From Leucoraja erinacea (taxonomy: Eukaryota), in contig NC_073406.1 of NCBI RefSeq assembly GCF_028641065.1, positions 7,316,001-7,380,000 on the forward strand: 64,000 nt of DNA, in the 5' to 3' direction. A program made the translations under genes and the position numbers. The first letter of the stretch is position 1. Each line of letters starts with the position of its first letter. This document shows, piece after piece, positions 46,025-59,726 of this stretch. The notes under the pieces are model-generated. The model worked only from the letters and a program-made list of their open reading frames with translations, ran no database searches and was not told where the DNA came from.

Positions 46025-48321
46025 AATATGTTGTGCTTTGATTTCTTTAAGTCCAAAATAATTATGTGTCTTGAATTCACACTATGTATGATATAAATAT
46101 CAGATGTAATTCATCAAGATGTGTAAAAAGATATCAATACCTCATTGTAAAATTCTTTAATCTCGCCATTCAATATGATCATGGCTGATCATCCAATTCA
46201 GAATATCCCGTACCTGCCTTCTCTCCATACCCCCTTATCCCCTTAGCCACAAAATTGGCCACAAGAAAAATAAACAGTTGTGCTTTTTATTATCTTTAAG
46301 TCTTAGGTTGAAATTAATTGCAACATCAGTGCCTTGCAATTTACACAATATGTATGATCATAAATATCAGATGTATTGTCCATCTCATCACCAATGAGCC
46401 TGTGCTGTGGAATCAGATATCAATACCTCATTGTAAATTTCAATGCTCTTTAATTCTCATTGCAGAGCATGAAGTTATAATATTTTTGAATGAGCCGACC
46501 AGAATTTCACACAATACTTCTTGCAACGAATATTTGGAAAGAAAAGTAATTTATCCTCTCCCAGAAAGGCCATTGAGCCTGCTGAATTCAAATGATCATG
46601 AATCAACTCAGTTGTGCACCTGTTTCTCTCCATTGATCCCCTAAATGGCTAATCTTAGGTCCCTGAACTGGATTAATTGCAACACCCAGCTGCATTGGTG
46701 AGATTTTCTGACACAAAATATTCTTCTCATCTCGGTTTTAAAGGATTTGCTTCTATGCTATTGTCCATCTCCTGGACCACCAACATGTGAGCAATCTTTG
46801 CATGCCTGTCCAACCCCTATCATTTGTGTTTTATAATTTCCCCTCTCAGTCTCCTAAATTCTAGAGAGTATAAACCAAGTCTATCCAGTCTTTCTTCATA
46901 AGACAGTCCTGACATGGATTTCAATCCAGCTCTTCTGATTCACCTCCCATCTTCCACTCATTATTTGGTTAGTTAGTGGAAACAGGCCCTTCAGCCCACC
47001 GAGTCTGTGCCGACCAGCAATCACCCACACATCACTTCTATCCAATGCTTTCATAGGGACATTTACATGCCAATTAACCTACAAAACTGCACATCATTGG
47101 AATGTGGGAGGATCCGGAGCACCTGGAGAAAACCCATGCATTCACAGAGAGAACATGCAAACTCCATACAGACAGCACCTGTGGACAGGATCCAAACCGG
47201 GATTCTGGCACTGCAAGACATCAACTCTACTGCTGTACCACAGAACCATCCGAGAAACTCAAGATCTTATGAAATCTGCTTCCTCATCCCTAATTCTTAT
47301 CATGCATCAGTGTCTTTAGTAAATTACATCAACCCTTGGCTTGGCAATGCCTCCGATTTTAAATACTTATTTCACATCTCGCCAATGCCTCAGCCTTGTC
47401 TCTGCAACTTGTTCCAGCCCAGAGCCCTGCTGGATTGCAGTGTTGTTGTATCTCTCACTGGTAATAGATCCTCATTTCCTTTGACTCATCACCAGCAGTT
47501 GTGCCATTAGCCTCAGCTATTAAATTACCTCAAAACCTCTCTAAGTCTTACTGTTCTTTTAAAACCTCCAACCAATTATTTAGTTAACAATGTCTCCTTC
47601 TCTGGTGCAATGTCTCACTCTAAAAGGCACAATAGAAATGCAAAAAAATCACAAAACACAAAGTATGATTTACTCAAGATTACATCTTCTGCAGTCCCTG
47701 AAGTCAACAATAGAAATACAAGTAGTTTTTTGTTCATGCTTAACACCTTGTTAACCATTGTTTGATTCCCGGGTCTATACCAAGGAGAGGAATCCAACTC
47801 TGAATCATCATTAGCTATCAAAACAATGCAATACTCCTTTTCACCAGAGGGATCCATTCTAGAATCAAAATAATACACAGTGCTGGAGTAACTCAGCAAG
47901 TCAGGCAGTATCCTGAAATAACATGTCACTCACTGTCCAGGTTAACAGATGGAGAATGGAAACTAAATAAGAGAAACATTTATTATGGCAATAGTATCTG
48001 GATTTATTAATTTTTTTGTACATCAAATAGACTTAAAACAGAATATTTTTCCAGAGCACAGGAATCGCTACACAATGTCTGAATTTCCTCAGACTGTTAC
48101 AGCATCCAGTGACAAATATATGGAAAAACCACGACCAAATGTTTTATTTCGTGATCTGTAAAAGCATCTTTTTAATCCTTTATACACAGAAAAGAACACA
48201 AAAACTCTACATACATAAAAATAATCATATGTGCATTCTCTCTTTAATTTATGGTTTATGGAGATGTTTAGCAGCTGATGTCTGTCTGTTCAGGTCCAAC
48301 CCCATATCACTGTGCATCTCC

Positions 48322-48347
48322 TCAACCATCTGTGTCAACCTTGTGTG
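48322..48347 (-). CDS. DNAJC11: DNAJC11 last coding exon
   Basis: ctgcag|CA CAC AAG GTT GAC ACA GAT GGT TGA encodes (S)HKVDTDG*. Minus-strand AATAAA near 48143, 48003 and 47979. Confidence 0.9.
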
Positions 48348-49371
48348 CTGCAGAGGGAATCAGAGGGAACAGTTATTCAGACATAAACTCGGCGACTTTA
48401 AAAATGTTGATCAGACAAAAATATTCTTTATTAAAAACAAGCACGATTTGAAAGCACAAATAAGATACAAATTTAGCATATCTCCAGCTAAAAATGTATT
48501 CAATGACCCCGTCATTTCCACATAAAGAAATGCCAAAGCAGACAATGTTCACAGAAATGAACTTGAGAGTTACTACACATGACTGGAGTGTTGACTGCAA
48601 CAAATTCTTTTTTTCACGTAGGTCTGAGACATGGGAAGTGAGCTTACAAGTTTCCATTTCCCATTTTAAACCCACTGTAAATAACTGTTATTTTGTCTTA
48701 GTTCAATCGTTAACACCTGTACATGAAGACATTTTTCTTCTAACATCCAGTCCCACTTGTTTTTTCTGGTAATACACCAATAAACCATCTTAGCTACCAT
48801 TGTTCAGGAAGGTGGTTCATCACAGCCTACTCATCAATTGGGGATGAGCAAGAAATACTGGCCTGACCAGCAGCATCAGTATCCAGAAATCCAAATAAAT
48901 CATTGACCTTCCCTCCAGAACAAGGTCAGAGTTGGAAGTGTGTAACTGTGCAATTGCTTTGATAATAATTTATTCCACATCTACATGCAGTAAGACCAGG
49001 ACGGACACAGCCAAATGGGGCTCAACACTGATGTAACATTCTTGTGCCACAAGGATTGAGCAATGACCTCCTACAAAGAATCTAACCATTTCCCACTCTA
49101 TGAACAGCCTTCTGAATCTTTGCTTCATCACCCACTCATCATCCAAGAGCCGCACAGAAATCCCGTGTACCCAGCAATCCATAAACTATAACTCAAAACT
49201 AACAGTGAAAGAGGCAGCTGGTGAAGTAGAAGTGTTCTTTTGATTTGAAATTACCATCAAATTCTGGGGATTTGCATCTCACGTGCTATACTTAAAATCT
49301 GGATTTGGGTGAGCACATTGCACATTAATAACAGCGGAATGGAACAGAGAAAAGGTTCACTCGCAACATAC

Positions 49372-49501
49372 ATTGCTTTGGTATCCTGAGGGATTCGGTG
49401 TCTGCTGCCATAACCTGGTGCAGAACTCCTCGGAACAAGTAGATCACTTTCAGACTCTTTTCCTCCCCGACACATGGGTCGTAGAATCCTGGCACACCAA
49501 C
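49372..49501 (-). CDS. DNAJC11: DNAJC11 exon
   Basis: tgcag|GTT...CAA T|gtatgt, 130 bp. Encodes [43 protein letters not shown]. Confidence 0.95.
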
Positions 49502-49948
49502 CTGCAAAAGATGTCCAAAATGCAAGGCATTTCCAATGGAAAGAATCTTGGCACGTACATAATGGGGACTTCTCATTGGTCCATGCGGTATAGCACCAAC
49601 CAGTGGTTTTATTTGTTTTGGCAGCAATTGAAAAGCTGCATTAGTGACAATCTTGGGAGGATAGAGGAATGAAGATAAATCTTCTACTCTGGACCACAAC
49701 AAATGGAACTCTTTCGACAAAGGTATATGTACTGATTCAAGGAAAAGAATCATCGTGCCACTCAGTCTAATATCATGCCAATAATCCATGATATTTACAG
49801 AAAGTGAAATCTTTAGAATTGCACCCCAGCAAGTAGCATTAACTTAGGGGGATATTAATTAGAGCAGAGTTGAAAGAAAAATCATTTTATTTCTACCATT
49901 TTGTTACAGAAATTTTTTGGAGCATAATCTTATTCTCTGACAAGGTAA

Positions 49949-50008
49949 GACGTTTCGGGTCGAGACCCTTCCTCAGACTGATGTCAGGGAAGTGGGTGGG
50001 ACAGAGAT
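49949..50008 (-). mobile_element. Penelope terminal-repeat fragment with intact minimal hammerhead core (49949-49976)
   Basis: Minus strand reads CAGT-CTGAGGA-A-GGGT-CTCG-ACCC-GAAA-CG-TC. Confidence 0.7.
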
Positions 50009-50470
50009 TATTGATGCATGTTGTTTCAAATGGAAAGTAAAGTTACAATTAGGGAAATTATTCAGAAACCTAACTACATTCACCGCATAATAAAACGCAT
50101 CAATTCAGATTAACTGAGCTTTTTAAGTATGTTCCTGTGTAACAATAATGTTTGGCTTTGGTTGTGAACGATTCAAGGACATTCTGCAATATTGAAAGAC
50201 AATATGCGCATACGGGTTCTTTTTTAAAGGCAACACGAGTCATTCGTGCAGTAGAACTGGAGTTATAGTGTAGGATTCTAACCAGGGAGTGATGATGAAG
50301 CTTTCAGTAGATCAAATGGAAACTCTATAGTCGTCTTGTGTGTTAGTGAATTAGTGAAAAAGGTATAGTGGTGGACAAAATGGACATAAATAAATTTAAA
50401 AAAGGTGGAATAAGCTGCTCATGGGCTGCCTGACAGAAAGAAGGAGAGATGTAACAAAAAAAAGTCTTAC

Positions 50471-50613
50471 CTTACATGCTTCAGTAAGGATGAGTTTTGA
50501 CTCTTTCACCAGACACTGAAGAGGAACAGTTACATCAATCACCTTTGCCTTCTCATTCTTCCTACTGTTGTCGGTCACAAATTTCCCATACCAGGCATTG
50601 GTTATGATTAAGC
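50471..50613 (-). CDS. DNAJC11: DNAJC11 exon
   Basis: tccag|GC...AAG|gtaaga, 143 bp. Encodes [47 protein letters not shown]. Confidence 0.95.
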
Positions 50614-50949
50614 CTGGAGGAGACAGGTGGACACATGTGTTTTTTGCATTTCAGCAAACTAACTATACTCAGAAATAAAACCCCTTGCCTAGATTGATTG
50701 TTCCCACACGTTCTAAAATAACCCAGGCAAGAGGCAGAAGAAACATAACTAAATATACACATTTTATAAATCAACAGAAAACAGTGAGGTGATGGATAAC
50801 CGACATAGTACCTTCACTTAAGGAGGAGGGTAGAGGAGAAAAAAGGATGGCATCTCTAGCAAAGAGGAGAATACAAGAGCATCTCAAGAGACTAAACGAA
50901 TAATGATAAATAATTACAGATTTCAAAAAGGAAGATTATGGTTCATCAA

Positions 50950-51890
50950 TGACACCAAATATATTTGAGAAGGCAACAAAGAGAATACACTGCAGTAGTA
51001 CAAAAGATGTAATTTATCCAACTCTGTAAAAGGCTTTTGAAATGGTACCACAAGTAGACTCATGGATATTGCAGACCAGGGAACTGCAGATGCTGGATAA
51101 CTTAGCGATTCTCGTAGCTTATCTGGTGCACATGGGTTAGTAACATTGGTAGAATCTGAAGAATGGATTGCGAGTTGGTTTCAGAACAGAAAGCAGCGAA
51201 TGGGATTAAAGAAGGCAAATAGTGGGGTTTCACAAAGATCAGTTCCAGAACCACTGCTGTTCATAAGTGACACTGATTATTTAGACTCTGCAATTAAATA
51301 AAACATCTTCCAAATTTGCTGAGGATGCTATATTGTGCTGGAAAGATGCACTTGGCGATTAACACTACTGAGGACGGTGACAAATTATAGGATGTCAGTC
51401 ATGTACTTGCAGCATGGACAAATAATTGACACGTAAAGTAAAACTCAGAAAAATAAAAGTATTACTTTGGGAGGAAGACTAGAGAGCAAATTTATTGTTT
51501 GGAAAGTAGGAGAGAGGAAATGGGGGAATTTCCGAATATAGAAACGTTATTAAAACTTATGATGCAGAAACCAGACGCTGGGTTTATGATTCAAGGGTCA
51601 AGATTGAACACAAGGAATGTTGTATATGTACTGAACCTTGGTTAGACTACAAACAGTATCACATACTGCTCCATATCAACTCCTCCATCAATGACCTTCA
51701 ATGAACTGCCCGAAGAAGTGGTCAAGCAGACACAATTACAGCCTTTAGAAGACATTTAGACAGTACATGGATAGGAACGTTTTTGAGGAATATGGGCAAA
51801 ATGTAGGCAAATGGGACTGGCTCTGATAGGCAACTTGGTAGGAATGGACAGATTGGACTGAAGGGGCTGTTTATATGCTGTATAACTGAA
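50950..51890 (+). mobile_element. Highly decayed CR1 LINE
   Basis: KAFE, GVSQRSVPEPLLF and KFAED remnants plus a CR1-like 3' end. Confidence 0.6.
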
Positions 51891-52104
51891 TAGCATTTCC
51901 ACCACTACATTTTTTTTTATAAGTAATCAATTTTTCCATGTACATTGAAGAAGAATTTTACTTCTTCAAATATTTTCCAACATCAGTCACTACACTTAAA
52001 TAACTTGGGTCACCATAAAGCAATTCATAAATTGTGGCGGGGCTAATGGGCTGAAAATAAAAATGCAGTGACAAACACCACAAATTCAGTGAACACGTTC
52101 TTAC

Positions 52105-52162
52105 CCAGTTTAGACTCTTCTACTTCTATGATCCTCTTCACAGACTCCTGCATCAACCGAAC
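52105..52162 (-). CDS. DNAJC11: DNAJC11 exon
   Basis: ttttag|GTT...CTG G|gtaaga, 58 bp. Encodes VRLMQESVKRIIEVEESKL(G). Confidence 0.95.
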
Positions 52163-52849
52163 CTAAAAAAAAAGGGATCCATAGACATCACAGAGCAGAG
52201 GTAGAGAGAAGGGGTGTGCATGTACACTAGTTTCCCTGTGTGCCTTGATGTTTGTGGTTTTTAAGCACTGCAGAAGATTGATACAAGTTGTTCTTTATAA
52301 ACAAAGTTAGGAATTACAAGACATTTGATCTGATAGTTACATTATATCAGTATGCAGGAATTATTGACTCACAATAGGAAATACAGGGGAAATCTGTGAT
52401 TAGAACATGGAAATCTTCTAATTATATGCAGTTATTATGGGAGATACAAATAATAAACTAGTGTAAATGGTGTTAAAAAATATTTGCTCAACGTATTATC
52501 TTCTTTAGAAATGGTAATGGAATGTGTCCCATGACCAGGTCCAGGCAGTTGGTGGGATCATGGCATGGGGATGCCCTTGTTATTACTTGCCTCTCCTCTC
52601 TTCCAGCTTTCGCTTCCCCCCACCACAATTAGACTGAAAAACAGTTCCGACCCAAAACGTTACCTATCCATGTTCTCCAGAGATGATGCCTGACCCACTG
52701 AGTTACTCCAGCACTATGAGTCTTATTTTGGTTATTTCCAAACTAATGTCCCAGCCAGCCACCCCCCTCGAAGTGAAACTAGAGATCAGCCCAGTTCCAA
52801 CTTTCTTCAAGTCCTATTCATCCATCATTCCATGCTAAATGATCAACAA

Positions 52850-53400
52850 TCCTGGCATCACATCACTCCAGCCCTCAAACAACTTCACTGGCTTCCCATC
52901 TCCCACCGGATCACCTACAAAATCCTGATCCCCACCTACAAAGCCCTCCACCATCTGCCCCCCCCATATCTCACTAACCTCCACTCCCCCTACCAACCCT
53001 CACGGTCCCTCAGATCCACATCAGCTGGTCTCCTCTCCATCCACAAATCTAACAAGTTTTGGGGACAGAGCCTTCTCCAGGGCAGCTCCCAGGCTCTGGA
53101 ACTCCCTCCCCCAACTGATCCGCAATTCTGTGTCCCTCACCATCTTCCAGTCCCGCCTCAAGACCAATCTCTTCACCTCTGCCTATCCTTAGCCCCACGT
53201 GCTGTCCCTTTTCATCTGTGCATTAATTGCCTCATACTGTGTTTTGTATTGAATTCTGTATTTACTTTGTGTGCTAGTCATGTCTGTACTATTTATTTCA
53301 TTCCCCTTACATGTTTTTCCTCTACCTGCTAAATTTTTGTAAGGTGTCCTTGAGACTCTTGAAAGACGCCCATAAATAAAATGTATTATTATTATTATTA
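52850..53400 (+). mobile_element. L2-type LINE 3' end
   Basis: HITPALKQLHWLPISHRITYKIL...PYQPSRSLRS followed by AATAAA and a (TTA)n tail. Confidence 0.85.
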
Positions 53401-54109
53401 ACAATTTCTTCTGGTTCAACAAACCCTTACTTTAAGAAATATCCTGCTGTAAAAAGGCCTCGACAGATACTGGTCTCTACTGCCACCCAATGGAATAAGT
53501 CCAGTACCACAATACAATACTGACACAGGCTGCAATAGGACACCTTTCTGTGGTTTAGTTTAGTTTAGAGATACAGCATGGAAACAGGCCCTTCGGCCCA
53601 CCCAGTCCATGCCAATCTTCAATCACCTGTTCACACAAGTTCTATGTTAACCCACTTCCTTATCCTGCACACTCACCCGGAGGAACCCATGCAGTCACAG
53701 GGAGAACGTGCAAACTCCACAGAGGCAGCACCCGAGGTCAGGATCGAGTCCGCGATGTGAGGCAGCAGCTCTAATGTGCCGCCAAATTTGGTTGAAGTGG
53801 ATGTTGCTACAAATGCCAGGATTTATTATCTATCTTTATTTGCTCCTAACCAGAGGCAGTTAAAACTCGACCGCATTGATGAGACGGGCACATACACTGT
53901 GGACTGCGTAAGGCACGGTTTCTCCCTTGAAAGACATCTGATAATTTTAACAATTATTCAGCAGTTTCTGGTTTATAAAACATTATATTCAGTTTTATCA
54001 TAAGATGATTCACATCCACCTAGCTTTCTAAGGCACACAGCAACAAAAAGCTAAAAAAAAAAACTATACTGTACAAGTCAGTTAGTAAAAAAAGTTAGGG
54101 GCACAGATA

Positions 54110-55665
54110 GGAGATTCTGGGCATGAGCCCAGGATGGCATGATCTCCTGGTAAGAGGGTGTTTACTTTTAAAATGAAGGACAAAAGTCAGATGTTGGCAC
54201 AAATGAGGTAGAAAAGGAGAGGGACTTATAAGTTAGGGCACAGACAGGATGGAGCGATTCTGTGGCAGCAAACGAGGCTGATCCAGGACAAGAAAGCGTG
54301 TTGCCTCCCGAAGGCTGGGGTGGGAGGGTCAGGGGGACTGAGCATTTGCAGCAATACTAACAAAATGAAGGATGTTCATGAGGGGGAGCAAGTGGAAGTC
54401 ATTTTGCATGTTGGCACAAATGATATAGGTAGGAAAAGTGTTGGGGTCTTACAAAGTTAGGGAGTTAGGCAGAAGATTAAAAAGCAGGGTAGGAATAGGC
54501 AGATAGGACAGATGAATGCGTGGCTTGGGAGTTGGTGCAAGTGGCAGGGATTCAGATTCTTCGACCATTACCATATAACCATATAACAATTACAGCACGG
54601 AAACAGGCCATCTCGGCCCTTCTAGTCCGTGCCGAACATGTATTCTCCCCTAGTCTCATCTACCTGCACTCAGACCATAACCCTCCATTCCTTTCCCGTC
54701 CATATAACTATCCAATTTATTTTTAAATGATAAAATCGAACCTGCCTCCACCACCTTCACTGGAAGCTCATTCCACACAGCTACCACTCTCTGAATAAAG
54801 AAGTTCCCCCTCATGTTACCCCTAAACTTCTGTCCCTTAATTCTCAAGTCATGTCCTCTTGTTTGAATCTTCCCTACTCTCAGTGGGAAAAGCTTATCCA
54901 CGTCAACTCTGTCTATCCCTCTCATCATTTTAAAGACCTCTATCAAGTCCCCCCTTAACCTTCTGCGCTCCAAACAATAAAGATCTAACTTGTTCAACCT
55001 TTCTCTGTAACTTAGTTGCTGAAACCCAGACAACATTCTAGTAAATCTCCTCTGTACTCTCTCTATTGGGACCATTGGGATCTCTTCTGGGAAAGAGGTG
55101 ACCTTTACAAGAGGGACAGGTTGCATCTGAACTGGAGGGGATCAATATCCTTGTAGAGAGGTTATCTAATGCCACTCGGAAGCATTTAGAAAGGCAAGGA
55201 GATGGGAACCGGAGTAGTAGATCAGAAATTGGAAGGACTGATGGGAAGGTAGAGGTCAGGGCCAGTAAGTCTCAAAGGAAGGACAGGCAGGGATGGGTGA
55301 AGGAATATGGTGAATGTGACGGGCTGAACTGTGTTTATTTCAATACTAGGAGTATTGTGCGGAAAGCAGGTGGAGCCCGGATCAGCACTTGGGACTGTGA
55401 TGTTGTGCCATTGTGGAAACGTGGTTACAAGAGAGACACGACTGGCAGCTCGAGAGGAACAATATTCTGGGGTTTTATTGTTTCAGAGGTGATCGAGAGG
55501 AAGGCAGAGGCAGGAAGAAGGTGTGACTGTTCAAGGATAAAAGAGGGAATTTGTGTTTGGAGTCCAGGGGATGCAGATGAGGTGTTAAACGAGTACTTTG
55601 CATCTGCATTCACTAAGGAGGAGGACATGGATGCCAGTGAGATCAATGTGGAGAACACTAATATG
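54110..55665 (+). mobile_element. Decayed CR1 5' region (ORF1 esterase-like, start of APE) with a nested minus-strand CR1 3' end at 54570-55069
   Basis: ILHVGTNDIG and LNCVYFNTRSI motifs. The nested copy (ERVQRRFTRML...) is flanked by GACCATT duplications at 54563 and 55070. Confidence 0.75.
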
Positions 55666-56673
55666 CAAGGTGGACACAAAATGATGGAGTAACTCAGCGG
55701 GACAGGCAGCATCTCTGGAGAGAAGGAATGGGTGACATTTTTGTGAAGGCCCTGTCCCACAGGTGATCTTCACACTCTGTTTCCTTGATCGTTCTAAATG
55801 CATGGAGTAAGAAAATGAAACGAGCTCAGTTTAACGGAGGTAAAATAAGTCTGAGCCAGCTAGGTCTGTAGAGTTTGTGATCTAGGAGGTTTACACTGGC
55901 AATAACAGGAATGAAGGAACATGGCTCACTTATGTAATATTTTTCAGAGTTCCAAGAATTAGATTCCAAGTAGAAATAAAAAATTAAGCTACATTTCCTG
56001 GAATATGGAAGGTTAGAGGTGATTCGGTTGGGCTTGTTAAATTTTAAAAGGAATTGATCAATATTTTTTGCGAGTCAAAGTTCAGCACAATAGAAGATTG
56101 CTATTTTCCCCCCACGCTAAGGGTATAAAAGAGTATGCCGGCACAAGTGGACATAAACGCAAGCACTTGCAGCGATCTCCACGTACCATGAACAAAGTCT
56201 CCCCACCCACCCCTGGAAGATAAGATAGAAGAAATTTCACATCACCACTTCTTGTTTCAGCTACAGCTTGCATATTCCTTTCCAACCGATAAATGACACA
56301 AGAAACTGCAGATGCTGGAATCTTGCTTAAAACACAAAGTGTTGGAGTAACTTAGTGAGTCAGCCAATATCTCTGGAGGACACAGATAGGTGACATTTCA
56401 GGGCAGGACCCATCTTTAGACTGATTACAGCAGGGGGGGGAAAGCTGGAAAAGAGGTGGGGGATGGGACAACGCCTTGCGAGTGATGGGTGGATACAGGG
56501 AGTGGGAGGGATATTTATTGGCAGATGGGTGGACAAAGGCGAGAGATGAAAAGGAGACAAATTTGTGGCAAAATGGTGTCAGATAAGCTTGAGAAAAGTA
56601 GTGAGGTGTAAAGCCAGAGGGATATCGTTGGAAGGGGACGAGGGTTCAGGATGATGGGAGAAACATCTCTTAC

Positions 56674-56743
56674 CGCTGCCTCAGCTTCCTGCTTCTTCAC
56701 TGCTATCGTACTTGATGAATTTGCTCTCTGTTTCTCTAGTTCC
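56674..56743 (-). CDS. DNAJC11: DNAJC11 exon
   Basis: gatag|G GAA...GCG|gtaaga, 70 bp. Encodes ELEKQRANSSSTIAVKKQEAEAA. Confidence 0.93.
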
Positions 56744-56904
56744 CTATCAGATAAACAGACATAAAACACAAAGGCATGTTATCTCACTGCCATTAAAACA
56801 CAATTAATTTTTCAAATACGAGACATCTCACCCTTAAAAAAAGTGCATAGTAGACACTAGATAGAGAGCCAGTTAACAGAAAATAATTTGTAGATATTTA
56901 ATGG

Positions 56905-58240
56905 AAAATAAAATGCAGATGCTGGTTCACAAAAAAAGACACAAAATGCTTGAGTAACGCAGCAGGTTAGGCGGCAAATCTGGAGCACAGGACTAGGTGA
57001 TATTTTGGGTCGGGACGAACCTTCAGATTGATTGTGGTGGTGGGGGGGGGTGGGGGGGGGGGGGAGAGAGAGAGAGGGAGCTGGAAAAGAGGTGGGGTAG
57101 GGCAAAGCTGGCAAGTGATAGGTGGATACAGTTAAGTATTGGCAGATGGTTGGACAAAGGCTTGAGACAAAAAGACAAAAAGTGTCAGATAAGGAGAGAA
57201 GAGGTACAAATTGTGAAGCCAGAAGAAGGAATAAAGATGAAAAGGGACAGGAGGAACGGCGAAAGGGGGAAATGGTTGCAAATCCAGGTGGGGGCTAGGG
57301 AAGAGAGGGGGAAGAAATGAGACGTTTGTTTGTAGGTTAGTTACCTAAAATTGGCAAATTCAATGTTCATATTGATAAGTTGTAAGCCACTCAAGCAGAA
57401 TACAAGGTGTTGTTCCTCCAATTTTGCCCCACTGGCAATAGAGGCGACCCAGGACAGAAAGGTCACTATGGGAATGGGAAAGGGTATTAAAATGGTTTGC
57501 AACCAGGTGATCCAGCAGCAGGCCTTGACAGACAGGGTGCAAGTGTTCAGCAGAATGGCCTTCAAATCTACTCTTGATCTCGCTGATGTACAGGACGCCA
57601 CATTGGGAACATAGAATGCAGTAGATGAGGTTAGAGGAGGTGCATGTGATCCTCTGTCGCACCTGGAAGGTTGGCTGGGATCCCCAGATGGATATGAGGG
57701 AGGAGGCATAGCAACATCTCCTCTGTTTGCAGGGGAAAATACCTGGGAGGGGATGTTTGGGTGGGAAAGGATGAGTGAACCAAGGAGCTGCAGAAAGCGG
57801 TGGGGATGGGAAAATGGGACTGGTGGTGGGATCACGTTGAAGGTGGCGGAAATGTCAGAGAATTATGTGTCTGATGGGGAGGCTGGTGGGGTGAAAGGCA
57901 AGGATCAGTGGAACTTCATTCATGATCCGGATGGGGGAAGGAGGAGTGAACGAAGAACTATGGGACACAGTGGAGATGTGAGTCAAGGAGCGACCTATGA
58001 GAGCACAGGGGAAACCATTTTACTAAAGAAAGAGGACTCCTCGGATGTCCTAGAAATCGAAAACCTCATCCTTGGAGCAGATGCGGCGGAGACAGAAAAT
58101 TTTACAGTTGGGGATGGCGTCTTTGCAAGATGCAGGGTGGGAGGAAATGCAGTCCAAATAACTATGGAAGTCAGTGAGTTCGTAGTAGGCGTTAGACAAC
58201 AGTCTGTTCCCTGTGATGGAGCCAGAGAGGTCAAGGGGTG
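56905..58240 (-). mobile_element. Penelope-like element, 5'-truncated (RT C-terminus, GIY-YIG, terminal repeat)
   Basis: RQRITCTSSNLIYCILCSQCGVLYISEIK..AEH..VANHFN, with an upstream YYELTDFHSYLD..SSHP-like RT tail. Confidence 0.85.
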
Positions 58241-58916
58241 AGAGGTATTAGAGAAACTTGTCATTGGAACTCAATAGTAACGCCCATACAATTAATATGG
58301 ATAGATCTAATAAATTCTCAGTGATGTTACTGACAAGCAATTGATGAATGTAAGCTTCTCTTTATCAATAAGATTGCAGTGAAATTTGGGAAGATTATCA
58401 GAAAATGTGCTCCACAGCGCCATCACGTAGCCAGAGCATGTAATTACCCCTCAAACGTAAGTGGGAAATTTAGCAAAGAAATTTACAATGGCAAAGTTTG
58501 AAAGAGAAGTTGAACCAAATATTCTATCTAACACAAAATTTGAAAACTAGCAGCCAAGGTTGTGTTCAGGATTTTTTAAATCTTTGAAATAAATATGCAA
58601 AATGAAGGAACTTAAGAGACAGCAATCTATCCTCACTGTTTGAATTTCTTGAGCTGGTAGTGAGTCATTGAAGGGTTATAGTTACACTGGAGTCCTGCAA
58701 GAGGGTTCGGGAAGTTCAGGCTATTTGGAAGCAACTTGCTGACTGGTGTTAAACGATGGCTTTGTGGGTTAATTGTACAATTTGCCTCGAAAAATGAAAA
58801 TGTGGGCTAACATAGAACTAGTGTGAACGAATGATCGATGATTAGTTGGAATAATAACCAATATTATTATTATGCTTATTATTATTATGATGATTAGAAC
58901 ACGGTTTCCATGTTGT

Positions 58917-58949
<33 letters not shown>

Positions 58950-59186
58950 GAGCATTGGATATATTTTTAGAATGAGAGACTAAAACGAATGTGGTTGAGA
59001 ATTGTTCCCGACCGATCTAAGTGTCAAGTGAACAACTTGCAAAACTGAGATGAAGGGTGATATTTGCACCCTTCGAAAATGCCAGGTGCAATAAAGTTTC
59101 AGAACTGCTTGCAGAATAGTTTATTCGACCTGTATATTTTCTACTGTGTATTTTCTCACTTCCTCTTTCAAATACAGATGAGATGA

Positions 59187-59369
59187 AGGTACACAAAAAT
59201 GCTGGAGAAACTCAGCGGGTGCAGCAGCATCTATGGAGCGAAGGAGATAGGCAACGTTTCGGCCCGAAACGTTGCCTATCTCCTTCGCTCCATAGATGCT
59301 GCTGCACCCGCTGAGATTCTCCAGCATTTTTGTGTACCTTCGATTTTCCAGCATCTGCAGTTCCTTCTT
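59187..59369. mobile_element. Penelope-derived fold-back insert
   Basis: 17-bp TSD AAATACAGATGAGATGA (59170-59186, 59370-59386). 78-bp inverted arms around a 1-nt spacer. Confidence 0.85.
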
Positions 59370-59570
59370 AAATACAGATGAGATGAGACTGGTCATCAGT
59401 AATAGATGTGCCTCGGGTAGAGGGTTGTGGGGTAAAGTTCACATCTGAATGACAGGGCACCACACTGACCTGAATAGACAATGAGATCAACTACAACTGT
59501 GGGGGTAAAAGCAAGGAAGCTAAGGAAGAAAAAGCAGGATGGACTGACACCCTGCCATGGGTCCACTCAC

Positions 59571-59726
59571 TTTTCTTTTTGTGCAAAGAGGTAGGGTTTG
59601 ATGATGAGTCGGTGCATGGCAAAATAGATGACCAAAGGTCCAATGGTAGCGTAGAAGATGGCACTGGGCATGAGTTGGTCCGTCAGGTGAATAGGGAAGA
59701 AGTAAGTCTGGCTGGCTCGATTTAAT
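59571..59726 (-). CDS. DNAJC11: DNAJC11 exon
   Basis: tccag|A TTA...GAA AA|gtgagt, 156 bp. Encodes [52 protein letters not shown]. Confidence 0.96.

Noticed and set aside
53550-53785. tRNA-like box-B sequence (also at ~15.66 kb)
   Set aside because: SINE head with a LINE-like tail; no complete cloverleaf.
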